From positions 1-64,000 of the IMG/VR virus record IMGVR_UViG_3300044796_000657: 64,000 nucleotides of DNA. The stretch is one strand, 5' to 3'. Shown in pieces: positions 9,920-19,525 of the stretch. The notes beneath the pieces were generated by a model. The model was not told where the DNA came from, searched no databases, and saw only the letters and a program-made list of their open reading frames with translations. Numbering within the stretch: the first letter of the stretch is position 1; the number at the start of each line of letters is the position of its first letter. The translations under genes and the position numbers were made by a program.

Positions 9920-10407
9920 AATTCCTTGCAGTCGTTTACACAGATGTTATTTTGGACACTGATAAAGACTCGCCGAAAGGCTGGCAGTCTTTCTTCAAAG
10001 ATCCGAAAAATATGACAAAAGAAGAGATTGCAAATTTCTTCGCATCGTTTTATGACTTGAGAGACAAAGAGTACACCATTGTATCGGATGCTATCGCCGA
10101 CCGACAAAGCGAAGATGATGCCGATTATTTGGTGGAAAAAGACAAAGGGAGTATCCCTTCATGTGAAGCAAAACCCCTCAGTCTCAACGAATTGTTAACT
10201 CTCGGAACACTCATGCAGCGGTGGATACTCAATCATTGGCCGTATGAGTCCTGTGGCCTTACTGAGTTTATCGATGCGAGGGAAACTTACTCTCTGATCC
10301 AACGGCATTGTGGCTTCCCAAATGAAGCAACGCCGAATCGAGAGGAATTCAAGAAACAACACGAACCTTTTTATTCACTTGGGGAAAAAGATCAAACGGT
10401 GATTTGA
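9916..10407 (+). CDS. Hypothetical protein
   Basis: 163 aa, GTG start with AAGGAA SD. Confidence 0.75.
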   Translation: MKFLAVVYTDVILDTDKDSPKGWQSFFKDPKNMTKEEIANFFASFYDLRDKEYTIVSDAIADRQSEDDADYLVEKDKGSIPSCEAKPLSLNELLTLGTLMQRWILNHWPYESCGLTEFIDARETYSLIQRHCGFPNEATPNREEFKKQHEPFYSLGEKDQTVI

Positions 10408-10420
10408 AACTAAATAGGTC

Positions 10421-10776
10421 ATGGAATTCAAACGATACATGACAGAGTCCGTGATAAACCAAATAGTTTATCACGGAACCAACAGTAATTTTCGGAAGTT
10501 CAGCCTTGCGAAGTCCACCTATGGCTTCATTTGGTTTAGTTCCGATAAAGACTCGATCATCAGAGGCGAGTCTGGCGCACAAGTACCAAATACATTCTGG
10601 AATTGAAAGTTAACATCCAAAAGGCAGCAGGTTGGAAGGAATATGACAACCTGATGACAGGACAGTTAAAAAGCCAAGGATACGACGGCGTAATCTTGCC
10701 AGATCCGGATGGAACCTTTGTCGGATATGTGTTCAGTCCAGAGCAAGTTGAAATTGTAGGTAGAACTAAGGCTTAA
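10421..10776 (+). pseudogene. ADP-ribosyltransferase-like (ART-PolyVal-type) gene with a 1-nt frameshift
   Basis: VYHGT..F..F...GFIWFS in one frame; TKYILELKVNI...LKSQGYDGVI...YVFSPEQV in the next; 356 nt, one short of in-frame; break near 10583. Confidence 0.65.
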
Positions 10777-10787
10777 CGGAGAAACTC

Positions 10788-11189
10788 ATGATCTGGTTCC
10801 ATTTTGTATCTATGATCCAATACATGATCATGTTGATTGGATCAAGAATGGAAAGGGTGTGGGAAAAGTTCACACCCCTACGACAAAAGTACTTCGGCCC
10901 AAGATTGAGCTGGTCAATGCGATGGCGAGTTGAAAAGGAATGGAAGTTTGAATATCCCGGCCTCAGTTTGAAACATTGCCCTTGGAGGATCAGTAGCGAC
11001 GGATACGAGTGGTACTGGCAAAATGGACGATGGAGACCAGAATTGCCAGCAGTTGGCGGCATCCTTCACAGAGCCTCAATTGGCTTTGATGGTGTCGTTC
11101 ACAGTGAAACCCAAGAATACACCGATGAAGCAGGTGTTCGCCATATAAAACGATGGCAGAAAAGAATCCCCACAATCAAGTATTTTTGA
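10788..11189 (+). CDS. Hypothetical Trp-rich protein
   Basis: GGAG SD; 133 aa. Confidence 0.65.
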   Translation: MIWFHFVSMIQYMIMLIGSRMERVWEKFTPLRQKYFGPRLSWSMRWRVEKEWKFEYPGLSLKHCPWRISSDGYEWYWQNGRWRPELPAVGGILHRASIGFDGVVHSETQEYTDEAGVRHIKRWQKRIPTIKYF

Positions 11190-11232
11190 TGGTGACCGCC
11201 TTCAATATCTTTAACTCAAAAGAAAGTCAACA

Positions 11233-11559
11233 ATGACCAGCAATGACCGCAAATGGATCTTCGACGCAATTGAAGCTATCGCACAAGAAACCGACCACCC
11301 CATCCTGCACGAGGACGCCGACCGTTTCTTTAAATGCGTAAAAGAACTGAAGGCCGAAAAACTCGACAAACTGTATCTCGTAACCAACGATGGGTCTATC
11401 AACTCCGTTTGCACGAGCGAACAAGCCGCCGCCGAAGCACTGGTCAAGGCAGGGTACTTCAAAACTAAAGAAGAAGTTACTTCGCACTTTGAAAAAAACA
11501 ACGATTTCCCATATATCCAAGAAATCCCCGCCAACATCGTTGTTAGCATCGACTGCTAA
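11233..11559 (+). CDS. Hypothetical protein
   Basis: 108-aa ORF ending just before the tRNA. Confidence 0.75.
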   Translation: MTSNDRKWIFDAIEAIAQETDHPILHEDADRFFKCVKELKAEKLDKLYLVTNDGSINSVCTSEQAAAEALVKAGYFKTKEEVTSHFEKNNDFPYIQEIPANIVVSIDC

Positions 11560-11565
11560 CCCAAA

Positions 11566-11638
11566 GACTTCGTAGCTCAGTTGGTAGAGCAGCAGACTTT
11601 TAATCTGCGGGTCGTGGGTTCAAGTCCCACCGGAGTCA
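11566..11638 (+). tRNA. trnK: tRNA-Lys (UUU)
   Basis: GACTTCG/CGGAGTC acceptor stem, GCTC/GAGC D stem, GCAGA-CTTTTAA-TCTGC anticodon arm, GTGGG-TTCAAGT-CCCAC T arm; CCA not encoded. Confidence 0.95.
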
Positions 11639-11851
11639 TTAGGAGAGTTGAAGTGAATATCATTCGTTGGTTCGTTGGTTTGTTCTGGGGTAGAGAAGTG
11701 ATGCAGATCAAAAAATATCCACGAAAGATTAATGACCGCATTAATGCGGCGGAATTTAACTATTTGGTACACGGCATAGACCCCGATTCCGAATTCGAAT
11801 GTATTTACAAAGATTTGATTGAAGAAGTTAAACCTTTATAGGAGACTGCTC

Positions 11852-12094
11852 ATGAATTTCGCTGAAGGCGTTGCAGCCGAACAAATGATGCGTCTTTCAA
11901 TTAGGGTGAAAAACAGCCACGGCTTCCGAACCGGCATTGAGAACTATTGCCAAGCCATGTTTGGAATGGACGGCTTGATGAAGATTAAGAAAAAATACGA
12001 ACACAAACTTCTTGACGAAGAAATGGCACAATACGCTGCCGACTCAGAGAAGTTCATGAACACCATTCATCATGATGTGTGTGAGGCTGAGTGA
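11852..12094 (+). CDS. Hypothetical protein
   Basis: AGGAG SD + ATG 11852. Confidence 0.7.
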   Translation: MNFAEGVAAEQMMRLSIRVKNSHGFRTGIENYCQAMFGMDGLMKIKKKYEHKLLDEEMAQYAADSEKFMNTIHHDVCEAE

Positions 12095-12417
12095 AAACTT
12101 CATTGAGCGAATTCGTTGAAGAATACGGCGTAACCAAGCTAGAAGCTATGGTTATTTGGGGTGCCATTGAACACTGTGGCCTACCCGAAACCCGACCCAA
12201 ATTCAAAAGCACGATGGATGATTACATGGGCATGTTTGCCGATGGTGTTAACCGCCGCATTCTTAGGGATAAAATCCAAGTGCGTGATGAAGCTCATTAC
12301 GAAGAATTGTACAAGCATTACCGAGATGAAATCTTCATCGACAAATACGGCATGACTTTCCGTCAATGGATGGACGGCAAACAAAACCAAAAAGGTAAAA
12401 TTAAAAAACGAGGTTAG
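12091..12417 (+). CDS. Hypothetical protein
   Basis: GTGA overlap; 108 aa. Confidence 0.75.
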   Translation: MKTSLSEFVEEYGVTKLEAMVIWGAIEHCGLPETRPKFKSTMDDYMGMFADGVNRRILRDKIQVRDEAHYEELYKHYRDEIFIDKYGMTFRQWMDGKQNQKGKIKKRG

Positions 12418-12419
12418 TA

Positions 12420-12707
12420 ATGGGCCAGTACATCCGTAAAGCCGACATAACCCACCGAAGCTTTACGGGTTATCGTGTTAGGATCATGACACCTGTTGCC
12501 ATCATTGAGCAGCGAGATTTCCGCACTATGTCAGACTTGTTAATATACAAAAACAAGTTTGAAAAAGCCATATTGCCTTCCAATACGCCAAAACAACGTA
12601 GACAACTTTTGGATGCATGCGACCTAGAAGATCACTACAATTTTGCAAGTCTTGAAGTCCACGAACATACCATCGATGGCAAAGTCTATCTCATGGAGTG
12701 GAAATAA
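12420..12707 (+). CDS. Hypothetical protein
   Basis: GAGG SD; 95 aa. Confidence 0.7.
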   Translation: MGQYIRKADITHRSFTGYRVRIMTPVAIIEQRDFRTMSDLLIYKNKFEKAILPSNTPKQRRQLLDACDLEDHYNFASLEVHEHTIDGKVYLMEWK

Positions 12708-12719
12708 TATAAAAAAAGC

Positions 12720-13169
12720 TTGACAAATGATCAAGAATATGTTCTAATAGAATTTCACTTAACGTTTCATAGGAGATCAATTGTGAAAGAACAATATCTT
12801 GATGAGATTATGGCCGATTTCAAAAAGAATGAACCGAAACGCAAGAAGACATTGCGTGAAATGATGGCCCCCCTTTATAGTGTCGAAGACATGGATGAGG
12901 ACGAAGTTAAACTCGGCCAAGAAGTGTTAGAGCGTTCCGTGGACATTTCTTTCAACGCTTTCACCGAAGTTGCCAGAGAAGTGTACGACAACACGTACAC
13001 CGAAGAAGAACTTCGAATCATTCTTGAATGCCGCAAGAAATATCCGTGGATGTCCGAAAAGAGCGACATCGTAGATCACGAAACCAGAAAACGCCTCGAA
13101 ATCGCTGCGGCGCCACATGTTGCCGCACTTAAAGAAGAATTCGCCGACCGCCTCGAAGCCCTTGATTGA
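12720..13169 (+). CDS. Hypothetical helical protein (start may be further downstream)
   Basis: Open frame; its 5' part overlaps a TTGACA-17-TCTAAT promoter-like sequence. Confidence 0.7.
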   Translation: MTNDQEYVLIEFHLTFHRRSIVKEQYLDEIMADFKKNEPKRKKTLREMMAPLYSVEDMDEDEVKLGQEVLERSVDISFNAFTEVAREVYDNTYTEEELRIILECRKKYPWMSEKSDIVDHETRKRLEIAAAPHVAALKEEFADRLEALD

Positions 13170-13190
13170 ACTACCATACGCATCGATTAA

Positions 13191-13263
13191 GCACCCGTAG
13201 CTCAACTGGAAGAGCAGCCGATTTCTACTCGGCAGGTTGGGGGTTCGAGTCCCTTCGGGTGTA
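13191..13263 (+). tRNA. trnR: tRNA-Arg (UCU)
   Basis: GCACCCG/CGGGTGT acceptor stem, GCTC/GAGC D stem, GCCGA-TTTCTAC-TCGGC anticodon arm, GGGGG-TTCGAGT-CCCTT T arm. Confidence 0.92.
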
Positions 13264-13282
13264 CTTTACAAGGAATGTTAAT

Positions 13283-13504
13283 ATGTTATTTGAAGAACTC
13301 AAAACTGGCCAAGTATTCTGTTTCAACGACGGTCGTATGTCGGAAGCAGAAACACGGTTGCCATTCGTCAAAACCAGTGACGTTGCTGCCCGGCTATTGG
13401 TTGTATCCGGACACAAATGCGAATCATTCGTAGACGACAACTGTTTGGGTTACTCTGTGCGTACTGACGTAAAAATGGACTCTACTCAATGGACAGGGAA
13501 ATAA
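13283..13504 (+). CDS. Hypothetical protein
   Basis: AAGGAA SD + ATG 13283. Confidence 0.7.
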   Translation: MLFEELKTGQVFCFNDGRMSEAETRLPFVKTSDVAARLLVVSGHKCESFVDDNCLGYSVRTDVKMDSTQWTGK

Positions 13505-13506
13505 AT

Positions 13507-13920
13507 ATGTCCTACGAATTTGAACAAGCACGAATGCAATCCGAAGCATTCCTACTGCGATGCCGGTATGAACGAAGTGACGCACGAATGCAAATGCTTC
13601 TCGTCGTTGTTCCATGTGCATTACTAGCCATTCTCTGTGCAATTCTTCTGGCTATTCAGATGGCCTTTCCCACACCAAAACCGCCCGGCCCTCCAACCAC
13701 ATACTTCCTAGAAGGGACACAAGCCCGTGCCATTAACTTGGAACGCTCCTTAAATCCTTATCCCGAAGAAAAATACACCGAACAACCCGATCCATCCAAA
13801 GAAGCGATGCGACAAAAGTATTTTCCAGATATGCCGCCACAAATGACAAGACGCTATCAGGAAACCGGTCATCGTCGCCAAGAATGGTTCAAAGGATACG
13901 ACTCAAAGGAGCAGCCATGA
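13507..13920 (+). CDS. Membrane protein
   Basis: One TM segment, then a Pro-rich linker. Confidence 0.75.
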   Translation: MSYEFEQARMQSEAFLLRCRYERSDARMQMLLVVVPCALLAILCAILLAIQMAFPTPKPPGPPTTYFLEGTQARAINLERSLNPYPEEKYTEQPDPSKEAMRQKYFPDMPPQMTRRYQETGHRRQEWFKGYDSKEQP

Positions 13921-14285
13921 TCACTTTAAGCAACGGCGACCGATGGATCATTGACGATAAAGAAATTGAGGGCATTTCCTACGAGGATGCCCAAGCCGCC
14001 AAAATTCCGGCAACCGACATTCGTGAATTCGTCAACAGGTTAGTTAAGGGGGATTGGTATCTTGCCAGAAAGTGGGTGCCAGAAATGGGCGGATTTTGGG
14101 ACGCCAATTTCAAAGCCAATGATGAAGTTTTGGATAGTGTCTCAACCGCCAAAGTCCACACGCCATTCTTTCAAGCGTACGAAATGCCTTGGGATGAAGT
14201 TCTAGTTGTCGGCAGAGATTCCGATGGATTCAAGATTACAGTGTACGAGAACCGGGCGGCGTTTCAAAAAGTAGTGAGCTTCTAA
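13917..14285 (+). CDS. Hypothetical protein
   Basis: AAGGAG SD, ATGA overlap. Confidence 0.8.
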   Translation: MITLSNGDRWIIDDKEIEGISYEDAQAAKIPATDIREFVNRLVKGDWYLARKWVPEMGGFWDANFKANDEVLDSVSTAKVHTPFFQAYEMPWDEVLVVGRDSDGFKITVYENRAAFQKVVSF

Positions 14286-14374
14286 TGAATGGATTGGTTC
14301 AAATTGATGATGGTCAGATATAAGAAGAAAAGTTAACCTATTGCTTTTCGGGGTATTTCTAATTCCGCAAATCT

Positions 14375-15100
14375 TTGCCAAGGTGTCTCATGATCGGTAG
14401 CTCAACCACCATCTTCCAACGTGGCAACAACGTTAACGAAGTCCATACCACGGGTTCGTTCGGTGGCCTTTTCGCTCCACAGGATGAAGCCGAACGTGAA
14501 AAACTAATCGTTCAAACAGCCGAAGAAAAACAATGGAAACCCGAAGCCATTGTTGACGATGCCGAAGTCAAAAAGATTGTCTATGCTACGAGCATCAACC
14601 CCGGCAGTGAAGGTTACCACAAGTTTGCGGGCGACGGCGTTACCGTTATCAATCTTTCGGGCGATCCTAACCTCTACAATCCCGCCAAGGAAAAAGCTGA
14701 AGCCTATCGCATCAAAAGAGAAAAACGACAAGCGGGTTTGGTCAAAATTAAAGAGCTGCATCTCGCAGAACTTGTCAGTTTGAGAAAGATGGTTCCAGTT
14801 GGTCAAGTTGATATAGAAGTCACACTCACATTGCCGGTCACCGTTGAGTTCACCATCCACGGTCCACAAACCCCCAACATCATCGTGGACGGCAAAGACG
14901 GCAAACCTCGTCAAGCAAGTTACGCTTGGGAGGTACTCAATCGGGAAGAAATATACAAACGATCTGAACTCCAAGCCTTCATGAATTGTCCACATCGCAA
15001 AAAATACCACGACCGCTGTAAAGAACTTGACACTCTTTATGAGCTTAGGGATGGTGATAGTAGCGATGCTGCTTATTGGGCAGAAAAGGAAGAAAACTAA
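14375..15100 (+). CDS. Hypothetical protein
   Basis: Long ORF; exact start uncertain. Confidence 0.75.
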   Translation: MPRCLMIGSSTTIFQRGNNVNEVHTTGSFGGLFAPQDEAEREKLIVQTAEEKQWKPEAIVDDAEVKKIVYATSINPGSEGYHKFAGDGVTVINLSGDPNLYNPAKEKAEAYRIKREKRQAGLVKIKELHLAELVSLRKMVPVGQVDIEVTLTLPVTVEFTIHGPQTPNIIVDGKDGKPRQASYAWEVLNREEIYKRSELQAFMNCPHRKKYHDRCKELDTLYELRDGDSSDAAYWAEKEEN

Positions 15101-15130
15101 AAGTCCAAAAACCTCAATTAAGGTGCTCCA

Positions 15131-15679
15131 ATGTCCTTCAAGAACAGCCGTGATTTTGCCGAAGAAAGCTTGGATCTCGATAAGTATTTTCCGGTATTAA
15201 ACACCGAACAGGCTATTAGTTTGTTATACCGGTTAGAAATTGCGGTTGGTCAGACTGTCAAGCCCCGTGAAAACGAATGGGGATACATTCCTTATGCTTA
15301 CGGCCACTTCGCCAGCGCAATCAAGGAATTCACCACACCCGATAGCAAATACCTAGAAGTAGGTTGTGGACTCGGTACCAAACTTCTCATCGCCCGCAAC
15401 ATTGTCGGCATTAAAGACGTAACCGGCTTGGAAATACAACAAGACCTCCTCACCATCGCCAAGTCTATGATTTGGAAAGATGAAAAAATTAAGTTGCTTC
15501 ATCAGGATGCCGCTACCTACAAGGATTATAGGAAATACGATTTGATCTACACGTATGAGCCAATCGACTCCTTATCTTCCAAGATTGACTTGAAAGATAT
15601 TATTCAGAGAAAGATGAAGAAGGGTGCGATTCTTCTCTATGCTTATTGTTCAGGGTCTATCGAGATCATCAAGGGGTAA
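15131..15679 (+). CDS. Class I SAM-dependent methyltransferase
   Basis: YLEVGCGLG motif I, VTGLEI motif II, DAATY...YDLIYTY. Confidence 0.85.
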   Translation: MSFKNSRDFAEESLDLDKYFPVLNTEQAISLLYRLEIAVGQTVKPRENEWGYIPYAYGHFASAIKEFTTPDSKYLEVGCGLGTKLLIARNIVGIKDVTGLEIQQDLLTIAKSMIWKDEKIKLLHQDAATYKDYRKYDLIYTYEPIDSLSSKIDLKDIIQRKMKKGAILLYAYCSGSIEIIKG

Positions 15680-15757
15680 CCCCAATAGCTCACAAGGTTC
15701 CCGAAACGACACAAAGCGGTATCCCCAATAACCCAATAGTTAACCAAAAGACACAAC

Positions 15758-16081
15758 ATGAACCCCACAGCATTCATTGAACGAACACAAGCCATCACCA
15801 TAGATGATCTTTCCCACGGTAAAACAACCGGCCAAATCGTATTGTCCACGATCAGCGAAATGGGGGAGTTTTGTGAAGAATTACGCATTGAAGAAAAAGT
15901 ATTCAGCCACGCCCACAAAGTCCCCGATGAAGGGACATTGGGCGAAGGCGTGGATGTGGTGATCTGTGCACTCGCCCTCTACTTCAGTCGCCCCGGAAGC
16001 AGTATCGAGCATCTCACCGAATACGGAATGAAAAAATTGGACAAGTGGGCCGGACAAATATCCAAAGCAGCGAAAGGTTAA
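15758..16081 (+). CDS. MazG-like nucleotide pyrophosphohydrolase
   Basis: SEMGEFCEE ... GEGVDV (EXXE...EXXD). Confidence 0.75.
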   Translation: MNPTAFIERTQAITIDDLSHGKTTGQIVLSTISEMGEFCEELRIEEKVFSHAHKVPDEGTLGEGVDVVICALALYFSRPGSSIEHLTEYGMKKLDKWAGQISKAAKG

Positions 16082-16083
16082 CA

Positions 16084-16353
16084 ATGAGCGAAGAACTCTA
16101 CGATCTTGTACGCAAGGTCAAAAATCATGAAACCATCCTCATGACCGATACCCTCAAAAAAGTGACGCACCACAAACGTCTCGTTGATAAAACCCACCCC
16201 AAACAAATCAAGGGCAACCGGGCAACCTATTCCATTCGACTTGCCTCCACCGGTTCCCAAAAATACAAGAAGCCGCCAAACACAATGGATTTAAGCGGAG
16301 ACGGTCAAGGTGGGCCTCGTCTCATTAAATGGGATAAAAATAAAAAGAATTAA
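16084..16353 (+). CDS. Basic hypothetical protein
   Basis: ATG at 16084 following the MazG stop. Confidence 0.7.
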   Translation: MSEELYDLVRKVKNHETILMTDTLKKVTHHKRLVDKTHPKQIKGNRATYSIRLASTGSQKYKKPPNTMDLSGDGQGGPRLIKWDKNKKN

Positions 16354-16405
16354 CTTGACTTTTCATTCCGAATATGGTCTAATAGAAATCAATGGAGGAT
16401 TTGCT

Positions 16406-17077
16406 ATGTGTCCGTGTAATGAATGCTTCAAGTGTAATTGTGGACTCGGAACGACTTTCGAAGGCGGCATGGTTTGCGTTAATTTCAAGGTAGCCGGAGA
16501 ATGCAAATGCCCCATTGGTGCCAAAACCGTCGCATCCGACCTTATCGATGGTTTTCAGGAATTCAACCGGGAAATGGAAATTCCTGATAAAGCATCCCAC
16601 GAAAAAATTACGAAAATCACGGAAATCCTCTACCAAAGCAGCTTTTGGAAAGCCGATCTTGCCGAGCGATACAAAGTCCTACGAAGCGTCTATATCGCCC
16701 TCCAAGGAAAAAAATACTTCAATTCAATAAGCGATCAACAATACTGCAGTTTTATAATTGATGAAGCCATTAATTACGACAACCATCCCACGATGAGTAA
16801 ACTCTTCGTAGAAATCTTCGACATACATTCGGGCATCGCTCAAATCATTCTTCGCCGTTGCCGTAATGTTGCCGGAAGACTCGCCTATGCCGAAACATGG
16901 ATCGGCAAGAAAGTCGCATTGAGAAGCGGTCAACCCTTCAAGAGCGGACTTAAGCAAAACACCGTCAAAGACGTTGTGGAAGTTGAAAACAAAGAAAAAC
17001 CGAAACAGTGTTGGGCCTTCGTATTTGAAGAAGATCCGAGTACGATCAATGTTAACGACTGTGATTGGACATTATGA
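16406..17077 (+). CDS. Hypothetical protein, Cys-rich N-terminus
   Basis: GGAGG SD; CPCNECFKCNC; C-terminal GKKVALRSGQPFKSG..NTVK segment. Confidence 0.8.
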   Translation: MCPCNECFKCNCGLGTTFEGGMVCVNFKVAGECKCPIGAKTVASDLIDGFQEFNREMEIPDKASHEKITKITEILYQSSFWKADLAERYKVLRSVYIALQGKKYFNSISDQQYCSFIIDEAINYDNHPTMSKLFVEIFDIHSGIAQIILRRCRNVAGRLAYAETWIGKKVALRSGQPFKSGLKQNTVKDVVEVENKEKPKQCWAFVFEEDPSTINVNDCDWTL

Positions 17078-17230
17078 TACAAGAGATTACCCCTATCTTC
17101 GTTAAAAACGGAGCCACGTTAATAGGATACATCTATTACTTGGGAACAGGACAATGGTTTGTTGCCACAGTGGCAAATTACTGGTCCCCACCAAGGTGTG
17201 CCAAACGTATTTGTAATTATTGAGGTTTTT

Positions 17231-17686
17231 ATGTTGACATTCCGTGAACAACAGATTATCATAGGTGTTCTAGGTTTTTGTGGGGGAAATTCCGACAGCC
17301 TGAATGAATCCATGACATTAACCGAACAACAAGTGGATTCCGGAACCATCACCATTAACGGACAGGAAGCCTCACCCATCACGTGGGAAGAACTGAATCT
17401 TCTTTGCGACAAGATGAAGAAACTACGAATCCATAAGCCGTTTGAACCTTACGAAAGATTGGTGGATGCTCCCGATTTCAGCCATCATAACTGTGACGTG
17501 TGCAACGACCCTTTCAATAAAGCATACTTCAGAGTCTATGGAAACCATGCGAGACTGGCCGTAAACTACATCAAGAAGTTTGATTCACCCGAAGAGGCAA
17601 AAACCTACATTGAAACCGCACCCGAAGTGATTACCAAAGAATGGGTAGAATCAGAAGGATTTGAATATTTCCACACGGAACACTGA
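17231..17686 (+). CDS. Hypothetical protein with CDVC motif
   Basis: GAGG SD + ATG 17231. Confidence 0.75.
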   Translation: MLTFREQQIIIGVLGFCGGNSDSLNESMTLTEQQVDSGTITINGQEASPITWEELNLLCDKMKKLRIHKPFEPYERLVDAPDFSHHNCDVCNDPFNKAYFRVYGNHARLAVNYIKKFDSPEEAKTYIETAPEVITKEWVESEGFEYFHTEH

Positions 17687-17687
17687 A

Positions 17688-18140
17688 ATGACCACTCCCA
17701 TTACCTATGAAACCATTGTCGCTGGCCGTGAAGAACGAAAGCTGGCACACGAAAAAAGAAAACAGGAAATCGAATCCATCCATGCTATGTTGGATTCGGA
17801 ACCTATGCGTTGGTATACCACAGGAGGCATGGAAAACCCATACGAAGACGAATACGATGAAATAAGCTATCAGCCACCAACGCCAATAGCGGAAATTAAG
17901 GTTTATCGTCGTCGTGATGGAATCTCGCCTCAAATTCGCCTTGGAGGCACTAGAAGCCTTGACCGCATTGGACAGATCGTTGACGATAAGAATATCTTTG
18001 AGACGCTGGATGATGCCCAAGAAGCGTACCTTCAACGCCGTGAAGCCTACGCAATCTACCGGCTGAAGGAAGGGCTTGAATGTGTTGACAGTCCCATAGT
18101 GAAAGCCCTGATTGAAACCGCCATCGAAAGACTGAAATGA
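17688..18140 (+). CDS. Hypothetical protein
   Basis: ATG 17688 adjacent to the upstream stop. Confidence 0.75.
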   Translation: MTTPITYETIVAGREERKLAHEKRKQEIESIHAMLDSEPMRWYTTGGMENPYEDEYDEISYQPPTPIAEIKVYRRRDGISPQIRLGGTRSLDRIGQIVDDKNIFETLDDAQEAYLQRREAYAIYRLKEGLECVDSPIVKALIETAIERLK

Positions 18141-18165
18141 AACTGCTTCACGAAGGAATCAAGGA

Positions 18166-18408
18166 ATGAAACCGAAAATCCTAATTGCGGTTTGGGTTAT
18201 TGCGATCCTGATTTGCTTGGCATGTTTCATGTCATTGCCGAGTTTCGACATGAAGCCCGTATCCGCTAAGGCGACAGGGCCGGTCGAGGGAAGCAATCCG
18301 GCGAGATACAAAATCTACGCCGATGATGGAACGTCGCAATTGGTGGCTGCTCCCGCTTGGAACCACATCCAAGTCGGACAGCAATTATCCGGGCCTTGGA
18401 ACCCATAA
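18166..18408 (+). CDS. Small exported or membrane protein
   Basis: AAGGA SD; signal-like N-terminus. Confidence 0.75.
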   Translation: MKPKILIAVWVIAILICLACFMSLPSFDMKPVSAKATGPVEGSNPARYKIYADDGTSQLVAAPAWNHIQVGQQLSGPWNP

Positions 18409-18418
18409 GAGTTAACCA

Positions 18419-18886
18419 ATGAAACTTCAAATACCGGGTGTAGGCGATACCCTCAAACTTACCAAACCGTGGACGTTCACCATCATTCCAGAACATCGGA
18501 ATGTTGGTATGTACGAATTCTTTTTCCCCGAAACAAACTGGAAACATCTGATTGAGAAATGGGAATGGGATAGATTTGATTGGATTGGTGGTGTTTATCG
18601 CCGGAATTCCAAAGTGGTCGATCCCGGTAAAAAGACTATCACTCTCAATCCCGGTGTGGAATTGGTAGTGGACAGAATGTACATGGCCAAGATCAATACC
18701 AATCATTATCACGGCAACAAGGATGTTAAGGATTTCCATTCCATAACCTTTGTTATCAGGAAAGGGTGTCCCATTCTGGAAAACAAGAAACAAATACGTT
18801 TCTTTGTCAGTCTTGCCGATGCCAACACCATCGACTACAAAGTCGCAGAAGTAGATTCAAAATCCGGCCTTCAACCCAAACCTTAA
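18419..18886 (+). CDS. Hypothetical protein
   Basis: 155 aa; internal L.(K/P)G..L.. duplication. Confidence 0.8.
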   Translation: MKLQIPGVGDTLKLTKPWTFTIIPEHRNVGMYEFFFPETNWKHLIEKWEWDRFDWIGGVYRRNSKVVDPGKKTITLNPGVELVVDRMYMAKINTNHYHGNKDVKDFHSITFVIRKGCPILENKKQIRFFVSLADANTIDYKVAEVDSKSGLQPKP

Positions 18887-18907
18887 CCCTTAACTTAGGA
18901 CTCTACA

Positions 18908-19525
18908 ATGAACCGTCGTCAATTCTTCGGTGCTGCTGCTCTCGCTCTTGAAGCGACCCACCTCCTTACGTCGGAAACTGAGGATGAACGCTACGAGCGG
19001 CTGGAGAAGGAGCATCTTGGAGACTCCGAGAAGCAGACGGGGATTTACGCCCCGAAGCCAAGGAAGTCTTGGTGGTATCAGTTTCATGTAAATAATTACA
19101 ATTGTCATGTGGCCATCTTAAGCTACCATGACGACATCAAGCCAAGCTACTTGTCCCTGCATGGAATTCATCCCAACTACTTGCACATGCATGAAATCCA
19201 ACGGAATCGATATCAATCCGCAGGTGACTGCGTTCCCCACTTGTTCATTCAGGATGTACGCCGTTTTGACACAAATGGCGTTCAATACAAAGTCGCTCAT
19301 CCTTATGGGTTAGATCCGAAAAGTAGGACGTTTTACGACGAAGCAAATGAATTCAAGCAGAAGAAATTCGAACAGCAATACGAAGTGTTCGTCGGAACGT
19401 TTTCGGAAGTTCAAGCATTTGTGGGACAACGCCTAATATGGCCTCCACGGGAACTTATGGAACTTGAAACAGAACATACCGAACATTACTTCCTTTGTTC
19501 GGCCAAATTCAAGGAGCAGAAATGA
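18908..19525 (+). CDS. Hypothetical protein with twin-arginine-like N-terminus
   Basis: MNRRQFFGAAALA. Confidence 0.8.
   Translation: MNRRQFFGAAALALEATHLLTSETEDERYERLEKEHLGDSEKQTGIYAPKPRKSWWYQFHVNNYNCHVAILSYHDDIKPSYLSLHGIHPNYLHMHEIQRNRYQSAGDCVPHLFIQDVRRFDTNGVQYKVAHPYGLDPKSRTFYDEANEFKQKKFEQQYEVFVGTFSEVQAFVGQRLIWPPRELMELETEHTEHYFLCSAKFKEQK

Noticed and set aside
13217-13233. Amber-suppressor tRNA (CTA is visible in the anticodon loop)
   Set aside because: The GCCGA/TCGGC stem places TCT, not CTA, at positions 34-36.
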